Of a DNA stretch of 64,000 nucleotides, positions 14,972-32,903 are shown in pieces (the stretch's first letter is position 1; each line of letters begins with the position of its first letter). The stretch comes from the human T2T-CHM13v2.0 reference genome, Homo sapiens: assembly GCF_009914755.1 (NCBI RefSeq), contig NC_060932.1; one strand, given 5' to 3'. The position numbers and the translations under genes were made by a program. The notes below the pieces were generated by a model. The model ran no database searches, had not been told where the DNA came from, and worked only from the letters and a program-made list of their open reading frames with translations.

Positions 14972-15196
14972 GGGCCCTCCCTTTACGCCCCCTCCTGGCC
15001 CTGCTGGCCCATCCCGTCTCCTGCCTCCAACTGCCATCCTGCCTCCGCCCCTTCCAGGACACTGGGGGGGGACCCTCCCTCTCTGAGGTGGTGGGGAGGG
15101 TGCCATTGCCTCCATCCCGGATCTAGCCACCTCACTCCTCCCCACCGGGGGCCCCTTTGCTGGAGAACCCCAAGGATTCAGCAACTGCTCCTCCTG

Positions 15197-15578
15197 GGGA
15201 AGGACAGTGCCTCTGATGTGGGTGATGGGAAGGACGGTGCCTCTGATGTGGGTGATAGGAAGGACGGTGCCTCTGGTGTGGGTGATGGGAAGGACGGTGC
15301 CTCTGGTGTGGGTGATGGGAAGGACGGTGCCTCTGGTGTGGGTGATGGGAAGGACGGTGCCTCTGGTGTGGGTGATGAGAAGGACGGTGCCTCCGGTGTG
15401 GGTGATGGGAAGGACGGTACCTCCGGTGTGGGTGACGGGAAGAATGGTGCCTCCAGTGTGGGTGATGGGAAGGATGGTGCCTCTGATGGGCAATGGGGAA
15501 GGATGGTGCCTCCGGTGTTGGGTGATGGGGAAGGACGGTGCCTCTGGTGTTGGTGGTGGGAAAGACAGTGTCTCTGGT
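15197..15578. repeat. 30-bp G-rich minisatellite, about 12 copies, in the probable LY6L 3' UTR
   Basis: Unit gggaaggacggtgcctctggtgtgggtgat. Confidence 0.92.
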
Positions 15579-15786
15579 GGGCGATGGCCCCTTGCATGAG
15601 GCCCCTTGCCCTGAATGCTGTCCAGGACCCTTCGAGGGGCAGAAGAACCTGGGTGCGGCCACAGCTGGGGCTCCCACTCTGCCTTCCCATTTCCAGCCCC
15701 CTCTGCCCAAGGGAAACCCAGGAAGGATAACACTGTGGGTGCCCCCACCTGTGCATTGGGACCACGACCTTCACCCTCTTGGAGAC

Positions 15787-15792
15787 AATAAA
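15787..15792 (+). terminator. Probable LY6L polyadenylation signal
   Basis: First AATAAA seen after the LY6L stop codon. Confidence 0.55.
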
Positions 15793-15961
15793 CTCTCATG
15801 CCCCCATGGTGCTCATTCCTTCCTTCTCCTCCCCGTCCACCCGCCCTGCCCAGCCCTCAACAAAGGGCTCTGAGGGTGGGTACCGGTGACCACTGGAGCA
15901 GCCAGATCTGCAAAAAACCTTCCAGCTGGGAGGTTGAGGATAAGGACTGTCCCTGCAGCCT

Positions 15962-16099
15962 GTCGGGCACCTGTAATCCCAGCTAGCTACTTGGGAGGCT
16001 GAGGCAGGAGAATCGCTTGAACCTGGGAGGCGGAAGTTGCAGTGGGCCAAGATCACGCCACCTCACTCTAGCCTGGGTGACACAGTGAGACTCCATCTC
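15962..16099 (+). mobile_element. Alu right-arm fragment
   Basis: cacctgtaatcccagct...gtgagactccatctc. Confidence 0.85.
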
Positions 16100-17100
16100 A
16101 TGTCTTCTCATGGCTTGTTACCTTATCTCTTTTTATCCCTGAACAATATTCCACCATCTTCATGCAGCACTATTTGTTTAACCACTCACCTATCAAAAGA
16201 CATCTTGTTGCTTCCAAGCATTGGCAATTATGAATGAAGCTACGGTAAACGTCCACGTTCAGGTTCTTATGTGGACATCAGCCTTCAACCCCTCTGTTTA
16301 AATGCCACGGAACACAATTGCCGGAGCTGCCGAGAAGCCTCTGTGTAGCTGTGTAAGAAACTTCACACCTGTCTTCCACGGCAGCCGCACCATTTTGCAC
16401 CCTCACCGGCAATGACGGGGAGTGCCCGTCGCTCTGCATCCCAGCCAGAAACTGATATTGTCAGTGTTCTGGATTTCAGTCACTTAAAAAGTGGTGCTGG
16501 TGTCTCGTAGGTGTGTTCATTTGCAATTCCCTGTTCCCAGAGCCTCGTTCTGTCTGCTTACTTGCCAGCAGCGGATCTTTGGTGAGGTGTCTGGTCAGAT
16601 GCTTTCTTCATTTTTTATGTTCTTCTTGAGTTTGTTTGTTTGTTTGTTTTTAAATACAGACAGGGTCTTCCTATGTTGCCCAGGCTCATCTCAAACCCTT
16701 GGACTCAAGGAATCTGCCTGCCTCAGGCTCCCAAAGTGCTGGGATTACACTTTGGGAGCCTGAGGCTGGCAGATCCTTTGAGCCCAAAAGAAACAGGTTG
16801 AGCCACCAAGCCCAATCTGTCGATTTTTTTAATCAATTTTTTTTTAATTTTAGGGATTATGTTTTCAGTTTTGTATCTAAAAACTCATCACCAAACCCAG
16901 GGTCAGATCAATTTTCTCCTGCATTTTCTTCTAGGAGGTTTATAGTTTTGCATTTTGCATTCAGGCCTATGGTCCTTTTTAGTTAGTTTTTGTGAAAGGT
17001 ATAAGATTTGTGTCTGGATTAGTTTTTTTTGTTGTTGTTGTTTTTTGTTTGTTTTTTTCATGTGGATTTTCAATTTTAACACATCATTTTTTATATATAA
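16100..17100 (-). mobile_element. Old L1M fragment with embedded rearranged Alu/FLAM pieces (about 16630-16815)
   Basis: gcaattatgaatgaagctac...caccattttgcac...ttttcttctaggaggtttatagttttgcatttt are antisense L1 3' motifs. Confidence 0.65.
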
Positions 17101-17267
17101 ATTTATTTTAAAAAATAACAATTGCAGCAACATTGATAATCAATCACCCATACTCCCCCTACTGATAGAGAAAAAAACCTTCTATATAGTTGAGTAACAA
17201 AGGAAAATCAAGACCTTTTATCAGACCCCCTACAGCCAGAAATGGCGATGCTGTCCCCAGCGGGGCA

Positions 17268-17935
17268 GACCTGACACATTCAATGTCCCAGGGTAGCACA
17301 CCAGCCCAGTGGTGTAGACCTGACACATTCAACGTCTCAGGGTAACGCACCAGCCCAGTGGTGTAGACCTGCCACGTTCGACGTCCCAGGGTAACGCACC
17401 AGCCCAGTGGTGTAGACCTGCCACGTTCGACGTCCCAGGGTAACGCACCAGCCCAGTGGTGTAGACCTGCCACGTTCGACGTCCCAGGGTAACGCACCAG
17501 CCCAGTGGTGTAGACCTGCCACGTTCGACGTCCCAGGGTAACGCACCAGCCCAGTGGTGTAGACCTGCCACGTTCGACGTCCCAGGGTAACGCACCAGCC
17601 CAGTGGTGTAGACCTGCCACGTTCGACGTCCCAGGGTAACGCACCAGCCCAGTGGTGTAGACCTGCCACGTTCGACATCCCAGGGTAACGCACCAGCCCA
17701 GTGGTGTAGACCTGATGTGTTCGACGTCCCAGGGTAACGCACCAGCCCATGGTGTAGACCTGACGTGTTCAATGTCCCATTGTAACACACCAGCCCATGG
17801 TGTAGACCTGACGTGTTCAGTGTCCCAGGGTAACACACCAGCCCATGGTGTAGACTTGACGTGTTCAACGTCCCAGGGTAACGCACCAGCCCATGGTGTA
17901 GACCTGACGTGTTCAACATCCCAGGGTAACACACT
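17268..17935. repeat. 49/48-bp minisatellite, about 14 copies
   Basis: Unit cccagggtaacgcaccagcccagtggtgtagacctgccacgttcgacgt (17581 to 17630 = 49); right-hand copies are 48 bp. Confidence 0.95.
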
Positions 17936-18633
17936 TCCCATGCACCATGTTCTCTGACCATGTGTATTTAAATTGAATGTTTATGATGAAGATAAACTTT
18001 AACATTTCAAATATGGGAAATTTAATTAACATTTCAGTTAGTTCGTCTGTTAAAGAAGAAACTATAATAGGCTTCTTAAAAATTCCTTGAGCTGCGTGGT
18101 AACAAAAATCAGAACCAGCTTTTGTTTTAAATGAGAGTGGTGCTTTGAGGAAAACGTATAGACTTAAGGCCTTGTGTTAGAAAGGAAGAGGGGCTGAAAA
18201 TTAAGAAACCTTGTATTCAGGTCTAGAACCTTGAGAAGAACAACAAATTAAACCCAGGGAGTTCTGAAGGAAAATGTCCCCCCAAAAGGTGTTATTAAAG
18301 AAATCAGAAACCAAAATAAACTAAAATAGAGAAGATCCACAAAGTCAACAGATGCGCAAAATGGTGACATTGCTGGCAAGACTGAGAATGAGATGGAAGG
18401 GGAAACACAGATAAATGGCTTGAGTGGTTAAAGAGGCTGAACCGTTCCAGCCACCCATTCATGCAAAATCCCAGGAAGTGGAAATTGAATTCAAGTGGTG
18501 GGAAGTGGATCAGTGGTTGCCTGGAGCCAGATGTGGATGGGGGGCCGTGTCACTCATGGCGGGCGCCTGTTGGGAGAGGCAAGTGTGATGAGCATGGTGG
18601 TGGGTATGTGGTGTGTAAATTTACCAACATTCA

Positions 18634-19024
<391 letters not shown>

Positions 19025-19422
19025 TCACACTGATAGCCAAACATGATAAAGATGATACCAAAAAGGAAAATATAGCACTTTTATATATCAGTGCAATAAT
19101 CTTAAATAAAATATTAGCAAGACAAATTCAGTAGCACATTGGACAATAACATGATTGTGTGCACACACGTGTGCATGCGTGTGTGTGCATGTGTGTGTGT
19201 GTGAACCCTGAAGCCAGAAACTCACTGTATGGGAAAGTACTGGCTGCGGTTCCACTAATGCACTAAGACCAGAACAGACACTGTCATTTTTTAAACATTG
19301 CAGTGGAGACAAAAGCAAAGAAAAATAGAGGAGAAAGCAATTGGAGGCAAAAGATTTGAGGAAAATACAATCTATTTGCTGCTGACCCATCTACCTCAAA
19401 AACTCTTTCTAAAGAAAGCCCT

Positions 19423-19747
19423 GGCTGGGCACGGTGGCTCACACTTGTAATCCCAGCACTTTGGGAGGCTGAGGCGGGCAGATCACGAGGTCAAGAGATC
19501 AAGACCAGCCTGGCCAACATGGCGAAACCCTGTCTCTAATAAAAATACAAAAAATTAGCTGGGTGTGGTGGCGGGCACCTATAATCCCAGCTACAGGCGC
19601 CTATAATCCCAGCTACTCAGGAGGCTGAAGTGGGAGAATCACTTGAACCCAGGAGGCGGAGGTTGCAGTGAGCCAAGATTGTGCCACTGTATTCCAGCCT
19701 GTATGACAGAGTGAGACTCCGTCAAAAAAAAAAAAAAAAAAAAAAAA
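19423..19747 (+). mobile_element. AluS with an internal duplication of cctataatcccagcta
   Basis: Full dimer, long A tail, TSD aaagccct. Confidence 0.95.
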
Positions 19748-19749
19748 GG

Positions 19750-21180
<1,431 letters not shown>

Positions 21181-22099
21181 ACGTTGGGGTGGCACCTGCT
21201 GCAGAGGGTAACGTGCAGCATGTCGAGGGCAGCACTGCCAAGGCTGGTTTGAGCTCAAGGTCAGGTGGAGGAGGTAGTCTCTCCCATCTCTTCTGCTGAG
21301 TGCAGCTCTAAACCCTGCCTGAAACACGTGGAGAAGCTATCTGAGCTGCCTCCAGGACACATGCAAATGGACACTCTGATCATAAAATTATCAGGAAGAT
21401 TGAGAAATAAGACAAAAATGTGAGGTGCCACCAAACCAGTGGAAAGTTTTCCCTTTTCATTCCTCTGGCATTCCCTGGCCTTGACTCAAGGCAGCCCACA
21501 CTCTAGGAGCAGACACCAGGGCACAGGTGGGGAGCTCTGGGGGACCCCTCCAGGGCTTACTCAGTGAATGGGTTAGCAGCAGCCACAGGAGCCACCATGG
21601 AGCCTGCAGGGACCCACAACACTGAGGGCAGGGATCTTGCCTCTAATCAGATAAGCTGTGATTCCGAGAGGGTGGGGTAAAGGCCACGGGTCTTTTTCTC
21701 TCCACATCTTCCCACGTCATGACCCCAGAGGGGGTCGAAGAGGGAGAAAGTGTGAGCACCGTGACATAATGAGCCACAGCCTTCTGACTAGATGCCCCAA
21801 AGAAGAATCCCAGGTGACCACACAGCATCAGAGAAACTGCAGGTAATGAGGAACTTTGGAAAGCAATCCATCGTGTTGTCAGTAAAACCTCTGGCTCACT
21901 CCCGAGCTGGGCATGCATGGATGTGACCCTCGATGGAATAGACTATGAGAACCAGGTGAGGGGATCTACCTCCACCGAGACGTGAGAGTGACCTGCATAC
22001 CCAAACACCATGAGGCTTTAAAGACTGAGCTGATGTGGAAGCCACAGCCTCTGCAGGTTGCTCTGCACTTGCAACATAAGCCCAACCACATCAATTGCT

Positions 22100-23600
<1,501 letters not shown>

Positions 23601-24652
23601 CAAGCTGTCTTGAGTAGAAGTTAAAACAACAACAACAACAACAAAAGAAAATTGAAAAGTTAAAAATGAACCCCCAACAGAACGTTCCCCTTTATTTTTC
23701 TTTCATGTAAGGACACAGGATATGCATTTTGCTCAGCTACCACCCTTCACTGCATCCCATTTTGAGAAGTGGTATTTTCTTCATTCATCTGTTCTAGGTT
23801 TTTAAAAAAATATTTAAGATCTTCTCTTTTTAAAGAATCTGTTCATTTGGAATGTACTTTTTGCATTTTTACTTGTGAAAATATGTATTTATCCTTTTTG
23901 TTATGAATGTATGACTTCACTGTGTCAGAGAATATGGTCTTAAGAGATACAGAAAACTTTTGAGAATGATAAGATCTGGACATGCTAGATGAAATCAAAG
24001 CCCTGGATGTCCTTGTTCAAGCTTCCAGGGTTGAGTGCCTGAGTGCCGGGGGCATGTGGCGTCCATCACACTCACAGGGTGAGAGCCGAGGAAGCAGTTT
24101 GTTTCACTGAACATTAACTTGAGAAAACAAACTGTCCTCCCCACATTTTCTCAGCCTTGGTCACTGTCCTTTCAGGAGCTCAGAGACTTCTGGGTCTGCT
24201 CCCAGTCTTCATGGTCCCTGGTGTCCCCACAGTGTGGAGCCCCTTGCCCTACTTTTGGGGACTGTTAGACAAAGAGGGGATGCATCAGAGCTGAGGCTGG
24301 GGCTGAGTCTGGAAGGGGGTGGACCTGCATCTCACCCCGGGCTGTGACGGCTGCATCCTCCTCCTTGGGCCTCCAAGGCTGCTGCGTAAGAACCCCAGGA
24401 ATCCTCCCCAGTACCTCTGTCCTCTGTCGGGCCCAGCCCAGGTCTGAGGGAAGGGGCAGGAGGGGGATTCAGGCGAGGGTCCCTGGGATGCAGACCCCTG
24501 TGAGGATAGGGCTGGAGGGGCCAGGAGGACACATCCCAGTGGGCACAGAGGAGGCGTCCAGGGGCAGGACCAATGGTTGAGGGGAGAGAGCAGGGGTCGG
24601 GGCCCTGGCGAGGTTCTGCCTCTGCTCCCAGCGTAGACCTGCTGCCCGTGTA

Positions 24653-24704
24653 ATGGACAGGGTTCTCCTGATCCTGGGGCCCATGCTGGTGTATGCAGAG
24701 AAAG
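24653..24704 (+). pseudogene. LY6 pseudogene signal-peptide exon (coding part)
   Basis: Acceptor tctgctcccag| ends at 24631; MDRVLLILGPMLVYAEK + G; donor AAG|GTGAAG. The 52-nt length equals the LY6E-type signal exon. Confidence 0.75.
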
Positions 24705-25025
24705 GTGAAGACACCAGGACGGGGTGGAAGGAAAGGCCAGCTGTGTCTCTGTGGTGTAAGGCGCATGTTTCCTTGAGGACAACGCAGGCCTGCTGTGCTG
24801 AGTGCATTTTGCCCTGTGACCCTGCAGCGGAGTGGGATGCTATGTGGCTTCACACCCACGGCTGTGAACACCGGCCCCAGGGTGGAGAATGTGTGCTCAG
24901 GGTTGAGGGTGTCACCTGAGGTGCTATGAGCTTGGGGTCTTTGGGCATCTTCACATGGTAGTGGCTGGGCCCAGACCCAGGTGTGCTCGGAGCCCATGGC
25001 TCTGCCCTCACCCCTCCTCCTGCAA

Positions 25026-25141
25026 ACTGAAGCCTGTCATGCTACCACTGCCTCCACACCAATGCCAGCAGGCCTACAAGCCAGTCTCCTGCAGTGCCCA
25101 GGAAAGCCTGGGTTTCTTCCAGCTTGCGGTGGTCCACACAG
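25026..25141 (+). pseudogene. LY6 pseudogene middle exon (dead)
   Basis: Acceptor AG>AA; in-frame TGA at 25028; SLSCYHCLHTNASR [1-nt deletion] YKPVSCSAQESLGFFQLAVVHT; donor GT>GG. Confidence 0.8.
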
Positions 25142-25659
25142 GGCAGGGCCAGCCGGGACAGTCCCTGGAGAGGGTGGGGGTGGGCTTCTGAGCTCCGTGG
25201 TTCCCTCCACGGGCTCCTGCCCAGCTGTGAGCAGGGCCTGGGGGTCCAGGGTGGGGGGACCTAGACTTCGAGTTCCGGCCTGGGCAGCCTCCCCTCCCTT
25301 CATCCTCCTCGTGGACTCAGCTGGGGACTCCATGCTGGGCCTCTGGATCCCTTAGGAAAAGCAGGCCGTGGGATGCCACATACGCCTGGAGGGGAGGGGA
25401 GCAGCCAGGAGTCCAGAGAGCCAATGACACCCATCTCTTTTGGGGTGACCAGATAGAGAATTGATGTACATTCCAATTCCATGGGAGGACCCTGGGTAAC
25501 AGGAAGTCCTCTCCCTGCTCTGGTTCCAAAGGGCGTAAGACACAGTGCAGTTCAACTCTCCACTCTACAGCAGGCACCAGAGGGCATCCCCGGGACACAG
25601 GCACCAGTGGGCATCCCCAGGACATGCCAGCCATGTGTCGCTGTCTTCTTTTGTTCTTA

Positions 25660-25795
25660 TTTATTTATTATTTTTATTTTGTAGACATGGGGTCTCACTA
25701 TGTTGCTCTGGCTGGTCTCAAACTCCTGGGCTCAAGTAATCCTCTGCCTCAGCTTCCCAAGCTGCTGGGATTACAGGCATGAGCTGCCGCACCGT
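25660..25795 (-). mobile_element. FLAM / Alu left monomer
   Basis: gtagacatggggtctcactatgttg...ggattacaggcatgagc. Confidence 0.85.
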
Positions 25796-26104
25796 CACCC
25801 TCCTCTTTCTTTGTGATAATTTCTGAGTATTTTGGGGGCTAGCAGGTGCAGAGCTGGCTTGTTACTTTCAAAGGCTTCAAAGCCCCACCTGGCCAGGCCG
25901 CCACCCTGCTGTACGTGGTTTTGCATCCTCTGTCACCCGTCTAGATAAGAGAGGCACATTTTGAATTTTGGCTGCAAGCCACCTTCCCTCAAAAACTCCC
26001 TCGCTGATGTGCTGATGGGCATGCAGCCCTCGGCACGCCCGTGGCCCTCCCGGCACCATGTCCTCTTCTCCCAGTGGTTTGGGGTGATGGCTGGTGGTCT
26101 TATA

Positions 26105-26453
<349 letters not shown>

Positions 26454-27207
26454 TGAACTCCAGCCCTCTTGGGCGGGCTGTTCCTGTCTGCCATCTGCTG
26501 TGGTCATCTTCTCAGACAACCACCTCACCGCTCCTTCGGCATCTGCTCCTCCTTCCTCCTGTTTTGAAGGAAGTTTTGTATAAACGGAGACTGCAGCTTC
26601 CCTGGATGCAGCTCGTGCTGGTTTCTACCCCTCCCCTCTGTCCTTCTGGGTCCAGGTTTAGTGGCAGCAAAGCCCCCACCTGGGTGAGCCCTGGGCAGGT
26701 CGGGAGGGAGGTGGGCTGCAGGGGTGGCTCAGCCCTTGGGACTGACTAGGACTTTAAAGATCCTGTTTCTTCCCTATCCAGCTGTGCGGTGCTTCCTGCG
26801 GATGGGGACAGCAGATCCCCAGGCCTCCTTCAGCTGGAAAACGTTCTTCTTGAGTGTGGGATGTGATGTTGGCACCTCCTGCTGTGCCCGCATGAGCCTT
26901 CCTTCTCTTTCAGGGCCGTTCCAGGTTTTCCTTTGTGCCTTGTCAGGAGGGTCCCCTATAAACAGACACAGTGGCAGAGGCCTCTCCAGACATCTCTGTC
27001 ACATCTGTGCACGCAAGCAGGACCCAGCCAAGCCTGGGTCGGATGCCCGCAGGCACTGGGAGACCACCTGCTGCTCTGAATTCTGCCCCCAGGTCCAGGG
27101 AGGTCTGGGAAATCTGTCCTCCCTGGTCCTCACCTCCTCCGGGAAAGCCGGCTTCTGTGCTGTCCCTGGAGGCTCAGGGCTGTGAGCCCGGCCTTCTCTC
27201 TCCCCAG

Positions 27208-27410
27208 GGTCAGAACAAGTGACAGAGGTCACCAGGGGCTGCACCAACAACCGCATCGTCTCGGCCCGTCCCGGCTGGGAGGAGTTCACCTGGGACAGCA
27301 TCCTCTGTGCCAGCGTCTTGTGCTGTTTGGAGACCCTGGGTAACCGGGAAGCCATGGCAGGCAGCGCTGCCCAGGCCCTGCAAGGGGGCTGCAGCTCACC
27401 CAGTGGTTAG
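27208..27410 (+). pseudogene. LY6 pseudogene terminal exon
   Basis: Strong acceptor cttctctctccccag|; (G)SEQVTEVTRGCTNNRIV...VLCCLETLGNREAMAGSAAQALQGG...*. Confidence 0.8.
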
Positions 27411-28073
27411 CACCCTCCCTCCCTGATGCCCGCCCCCCTCATCTGCATGGTCCTTTGATGACCATCTCCACGTCTCATCCCCCATCTCTGTTTGGACTGG
27501 TCATGGGGCCTGCCCTCGCAGGTGAGGCTGCCTTGACTCGCTGCCTCCCCCTAACAGTGGAGGGAGAAGCTTCCTCTTGAGCCTGTAAGTCTGGGCAGGT
27601 CCAGCCCCCATCCCCTCCCCCAGGGCCAAGGGGTGGCCAGTGCCCCGGTGTGTGCTTTCTGTTCCAGCCCAGGAGGGCGTCCCCTGACAAAGCCGCCCCT
27701 CTGTGCTGTGAGGTGGGAGGAGCCTCTGCCTGTCTACCGGCCCCAGATTCCACGCCCATCGGGGAAGCCCGGCAAAGGCACCAGCACTGGGAATGTGCCC
27801 CAGCAAACAGTGAGCAACGAGGAGGGTGAGGAAAGCGAGGAAGGCAGCCAGGACTCAGTGGCAGTGTGGACGCCGATGGCTGGATCATGAGCACCCCAGT
27901 GCTGTTCTCATGACAGAGTTCTCGCGAGATCTGGGCATTTAAAAGTGTGTAGCACCTTCCCCCTCTCCCTCCTCCCCCCACCCCTCGCCCCCAGCTTTCT
28001 CCTGCTCCGGCCTGTGACGCACCTGCTCCCCCATTGCCTTCCGCCATGGTTGCAAGCTTCCTGAGGCCTCTAA

Positions 28074-28753
<680 letters not shown>

Positions 28754-28987
28754 AGGTATTTATAACGATGTGAGAACAGCCTAACACAGACATTATATAA
28801 AGAGAAAACTGCACACAATGTTCTTTATGAACACATAAAAATCCTTCACAAAATACTTGAAAATAGAGTTCAGCAATATATACAAATAATTAAAGACCAT
28901 GACCAAGTGGAGCTTTATTCCAGGGATGCAAGTCTGGTTCAATATCCAAAAGTAATCAATGTAGTTCATCCTATTAGTAGGCTAAGG

Positions 28988-29081
28988 CACAGGTATACAT
29001 ATGTAACAAACCTGCACATGGTGCACATGCACCCTAAAACTTAACGTATAATAGTAATAAAATAAAATAAAATAAAATAAA
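28988..29081 (+). mobile_element. Very short 5'-truncated L1PA insertion
   Basis: gtatacatatgtaacaaacctgcac...ccctaaaacttaa + (AAAAT)n; TSD taggctaa. Confidence 0.85.
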
Positions 29082-29336
29082 TAGGCTAAAGAAGAAAAAT
29101 CACATGACCACGTCAAAATGCAGAAAAAGCACCTGGCAAAATTCAACATCACTCATGATTTAAAAAAAAAAAAAAAAAAAAAAAACAACTCTCAGAAGAA
29201 GAGGAATCAAGGGGAACTTCATCAACTTGATAAAGATCATCTACAAAACACCCTCAGCTCACACGCTTGCTAATGAAAGACTAGATGCTTTCCCCTAAGA
29301 TCAGAAACAAATGAAGAGCATCAGCTCTCACCACTA

Positions 29337-29838
29337 GCGTTCAACACAACACAGTGCTGGAAGCTCTGGCCGGTGCACACAGCAAGACAAGGAAACCCTC
29401 GCGTTCAACACAACACAGTGCTGGAAGCTCTGGCCGGTGCACACAGAGAGACAAAGAAACCCTCGCGTTCAACACAACACAGTGCTGGAAGCTCTGGCCG
29501 GTGCACAAAGAGAGACAAAGAAACCCTCGCGTTCAACACAACACAGTGCTGGAAGCTCTGGCCGGTGCACACAGAGAGACAAGGAAACCCTCGCGTTCAA
29601 CACAACACAGTGCTGGAAGCTCTGGCCGGTGCACAGAGCAAGACGAAGAAACCCTCGCGTTCAACACAACACAGTGCTGGAAGCTCTGGCCGGTGCACAC
29701 AGCAAGACAAGGAAACCCTCGCGTTCAACACAGTGCTGGAAGCTCTGGCTGGTGCACAGCAAGACAAGGAAACCCTCGCGTTCAACACAACACAGTGCTG
29801 GAAGCTCTGGCCGGTGCACACAGAGAGACAAGGAAACC
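29337..29838. repeat. 64-bp minisatellite, 8 copies, derived from L1 ORF2
   Basis: Unit gcgttcaacacaacacagtgctggaagctctggccggtgcacacagagagacaaggaaaccctc; translates as FNTVLEALA, close to L1 ORF2 FNIVLEVLA. Confidence 0.93.
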
Positions 29839-30403
29839 AAAGGCATACACATCAAAAAGGAAGACACGCCCTTGTCCCATAAGCAGATGACTTTGTAGCC
29901 CACTTAAAAAATCGTAAGGAATCTGAAATAAATAAGAGCGTCCTAGAACTAATCAGTGAGTTCAGAAAGGTCACAAGAAAGAAGATAAACGTTTGAAAAA
30001 TCAATTGTATTTCTATGTAGTAGCAGTAAACACATGGGCATCACAATGAAAAATATACTTCTATTTTTAACCACTCAAAAAATGAAGTACTTAGGTGTAA
30101 GTCTAACAAATAATGTGCTGGACTTTGTATATGTGTTTTGTACACAGAATTCTGATGAAAGAAAGAAGACGAAGAAAGTAAGTGAAAAGGCGTGCCTTGC
30201 TCATAGAGTGGAAGACTCAACATCGTGAAGTGGTGAATTCTCTCCCCAGACTGATTTATGGGTTTAACACAATTCTTATTGCGTCTAACAAAATTCCAAA
30301 AAGATATGTCATGAATAAGTACAAGATTATTCCAAAGGATAGATGGAAAGTGATGGAGCTAGAATAGCTAAAATTGGGTAATTTTTAAAGGAAAGAAATT
30401 TAA

Positions 30404-30751
<348 letters not shown>

Positions 30752-31644
30752 TTATATATAGTAGTTATAATGACCTAGAGAGTGTGGGGTTGGCAGAGGG
30801 ACAGATACTCAGATTGATGTGGCACAACGAACTGCCCAGAAATAGACCCACACAAATACGCCCTGGGGATTCCTACAAAGATGCAAGTGCGACTCAGTGG
30901 AAGACGCATTGCTTTCAAAGTGCGGCGCCACAGCAATGGAAAATCCGTAGGCAAAAAGCAACAACAGACAACAACAAAACTCAACCTAGACCTTGCACAA
31001 AAGTGACCTCAAAACAGATCACAAACATGAAATCAGAAAAAAAAAAATTAGGGAAAACAAAACCACAGGAGAACATCTTTGAGATCTGGACAAGACAAAA
31101 AGGTTTTCAGACTTGACACCAGAAGCATGATCCATAAAAAGAAAAACTGATAAACTTGACCTCTTCAAATTTAAGACTTTTGCACTAAAAAAAAAAAAAC
31201 TGTTAAGAGGATGTAAAGACAAGCTACAGTCTGGGAGAAAATATTTGCAAACCATTTATCCAGCAAAGAACTAGTGTCTAGACTGTATAAAGAACTCTCA
31301 AAATTCAACAGTTACAAATCAACCAATTAGAAAATGGGCAAAAGACATGAAAAGGCACTTCACTGAAGAGAATATTTATTCAAAGGAGGGCTTTCCTCAT
31401 GAAAAACGAATATATAGATAACAAAATATGTACATAAAAAGATGTTCAACAACTTTGTAAGTGAAAGAAATGAAAATTAAAATGCAACAAGATATTATAC
31501 ACACCTATTGGAAAGGCTAAAATAAAAAAATGCCACTGGTGAGGATGTGGAACACTGGATCCGTCACACATTATTGATGTGAACATACAGTAGTAAAAAC
31601 CCCCTGGAAAGCATTTCAGCTGTTTCTTAAAAAACTAAACATAT

Positions 31645-31992
<348 letters not shown>

Positions 31993-32034
31993 TTACCTAG
32001 AGAAATGGAGACTTATGTTCACTCCCAAACCTGC

Positions 32035-32388
32035 TGTGTTAGTCTGTTTTCACACAGCTGATTAAGACATACCCGAAACTGGGCAATTTACAAAAGAAAG
32101 AGGCTTACTGTACTTACAGTTCCATGTGGCTGGGGAGGCCTCACAATCATGGCAGAAGGCAAGGAGAAGCAAGTCACGTTTTACGTGGATGGCGGCAGGC
32201 AAAGAGAGAGCTTGTGCAGGGAGACTCCCGTTTTTCAAAACCATCAGATCTCATTAGACTTATTCACTATCATGAGAACAGCACAGGAAAGACCTGCCCC
32301 CTGCTTCAATTACCTCCCACCAAGTCCCTCCCACAACACATGGAAATTCAAGGTGAGATTTGGGTGGGGACACAGCCAAACCATATGA
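32035..32388 (-). mobile_element. THE1 MaLR LTR
   Basis: cacaatcatggcagaaggcaaggagaagcaagtcacgt...gggtggggacacagccaaaccatat. Confidence 0.9.
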
Positions 32389-32565
32389 CCTAAACATGAA
32401 TGTTTAGCACAGCTTGATACCAAATACCCCAACACTAGAAGCAACCCAGGTGTCCCTCAGTGGGCAAATGGTTAAACAAAGTGTAACACATCCGTACCGT
32501 GAAACACTACTGAGCAATAAAAATGAATGAGCTCTTGACACACCCCAAAGATGGACAGATCTTAA

Positions 32566-32903
<338 letters not shown>

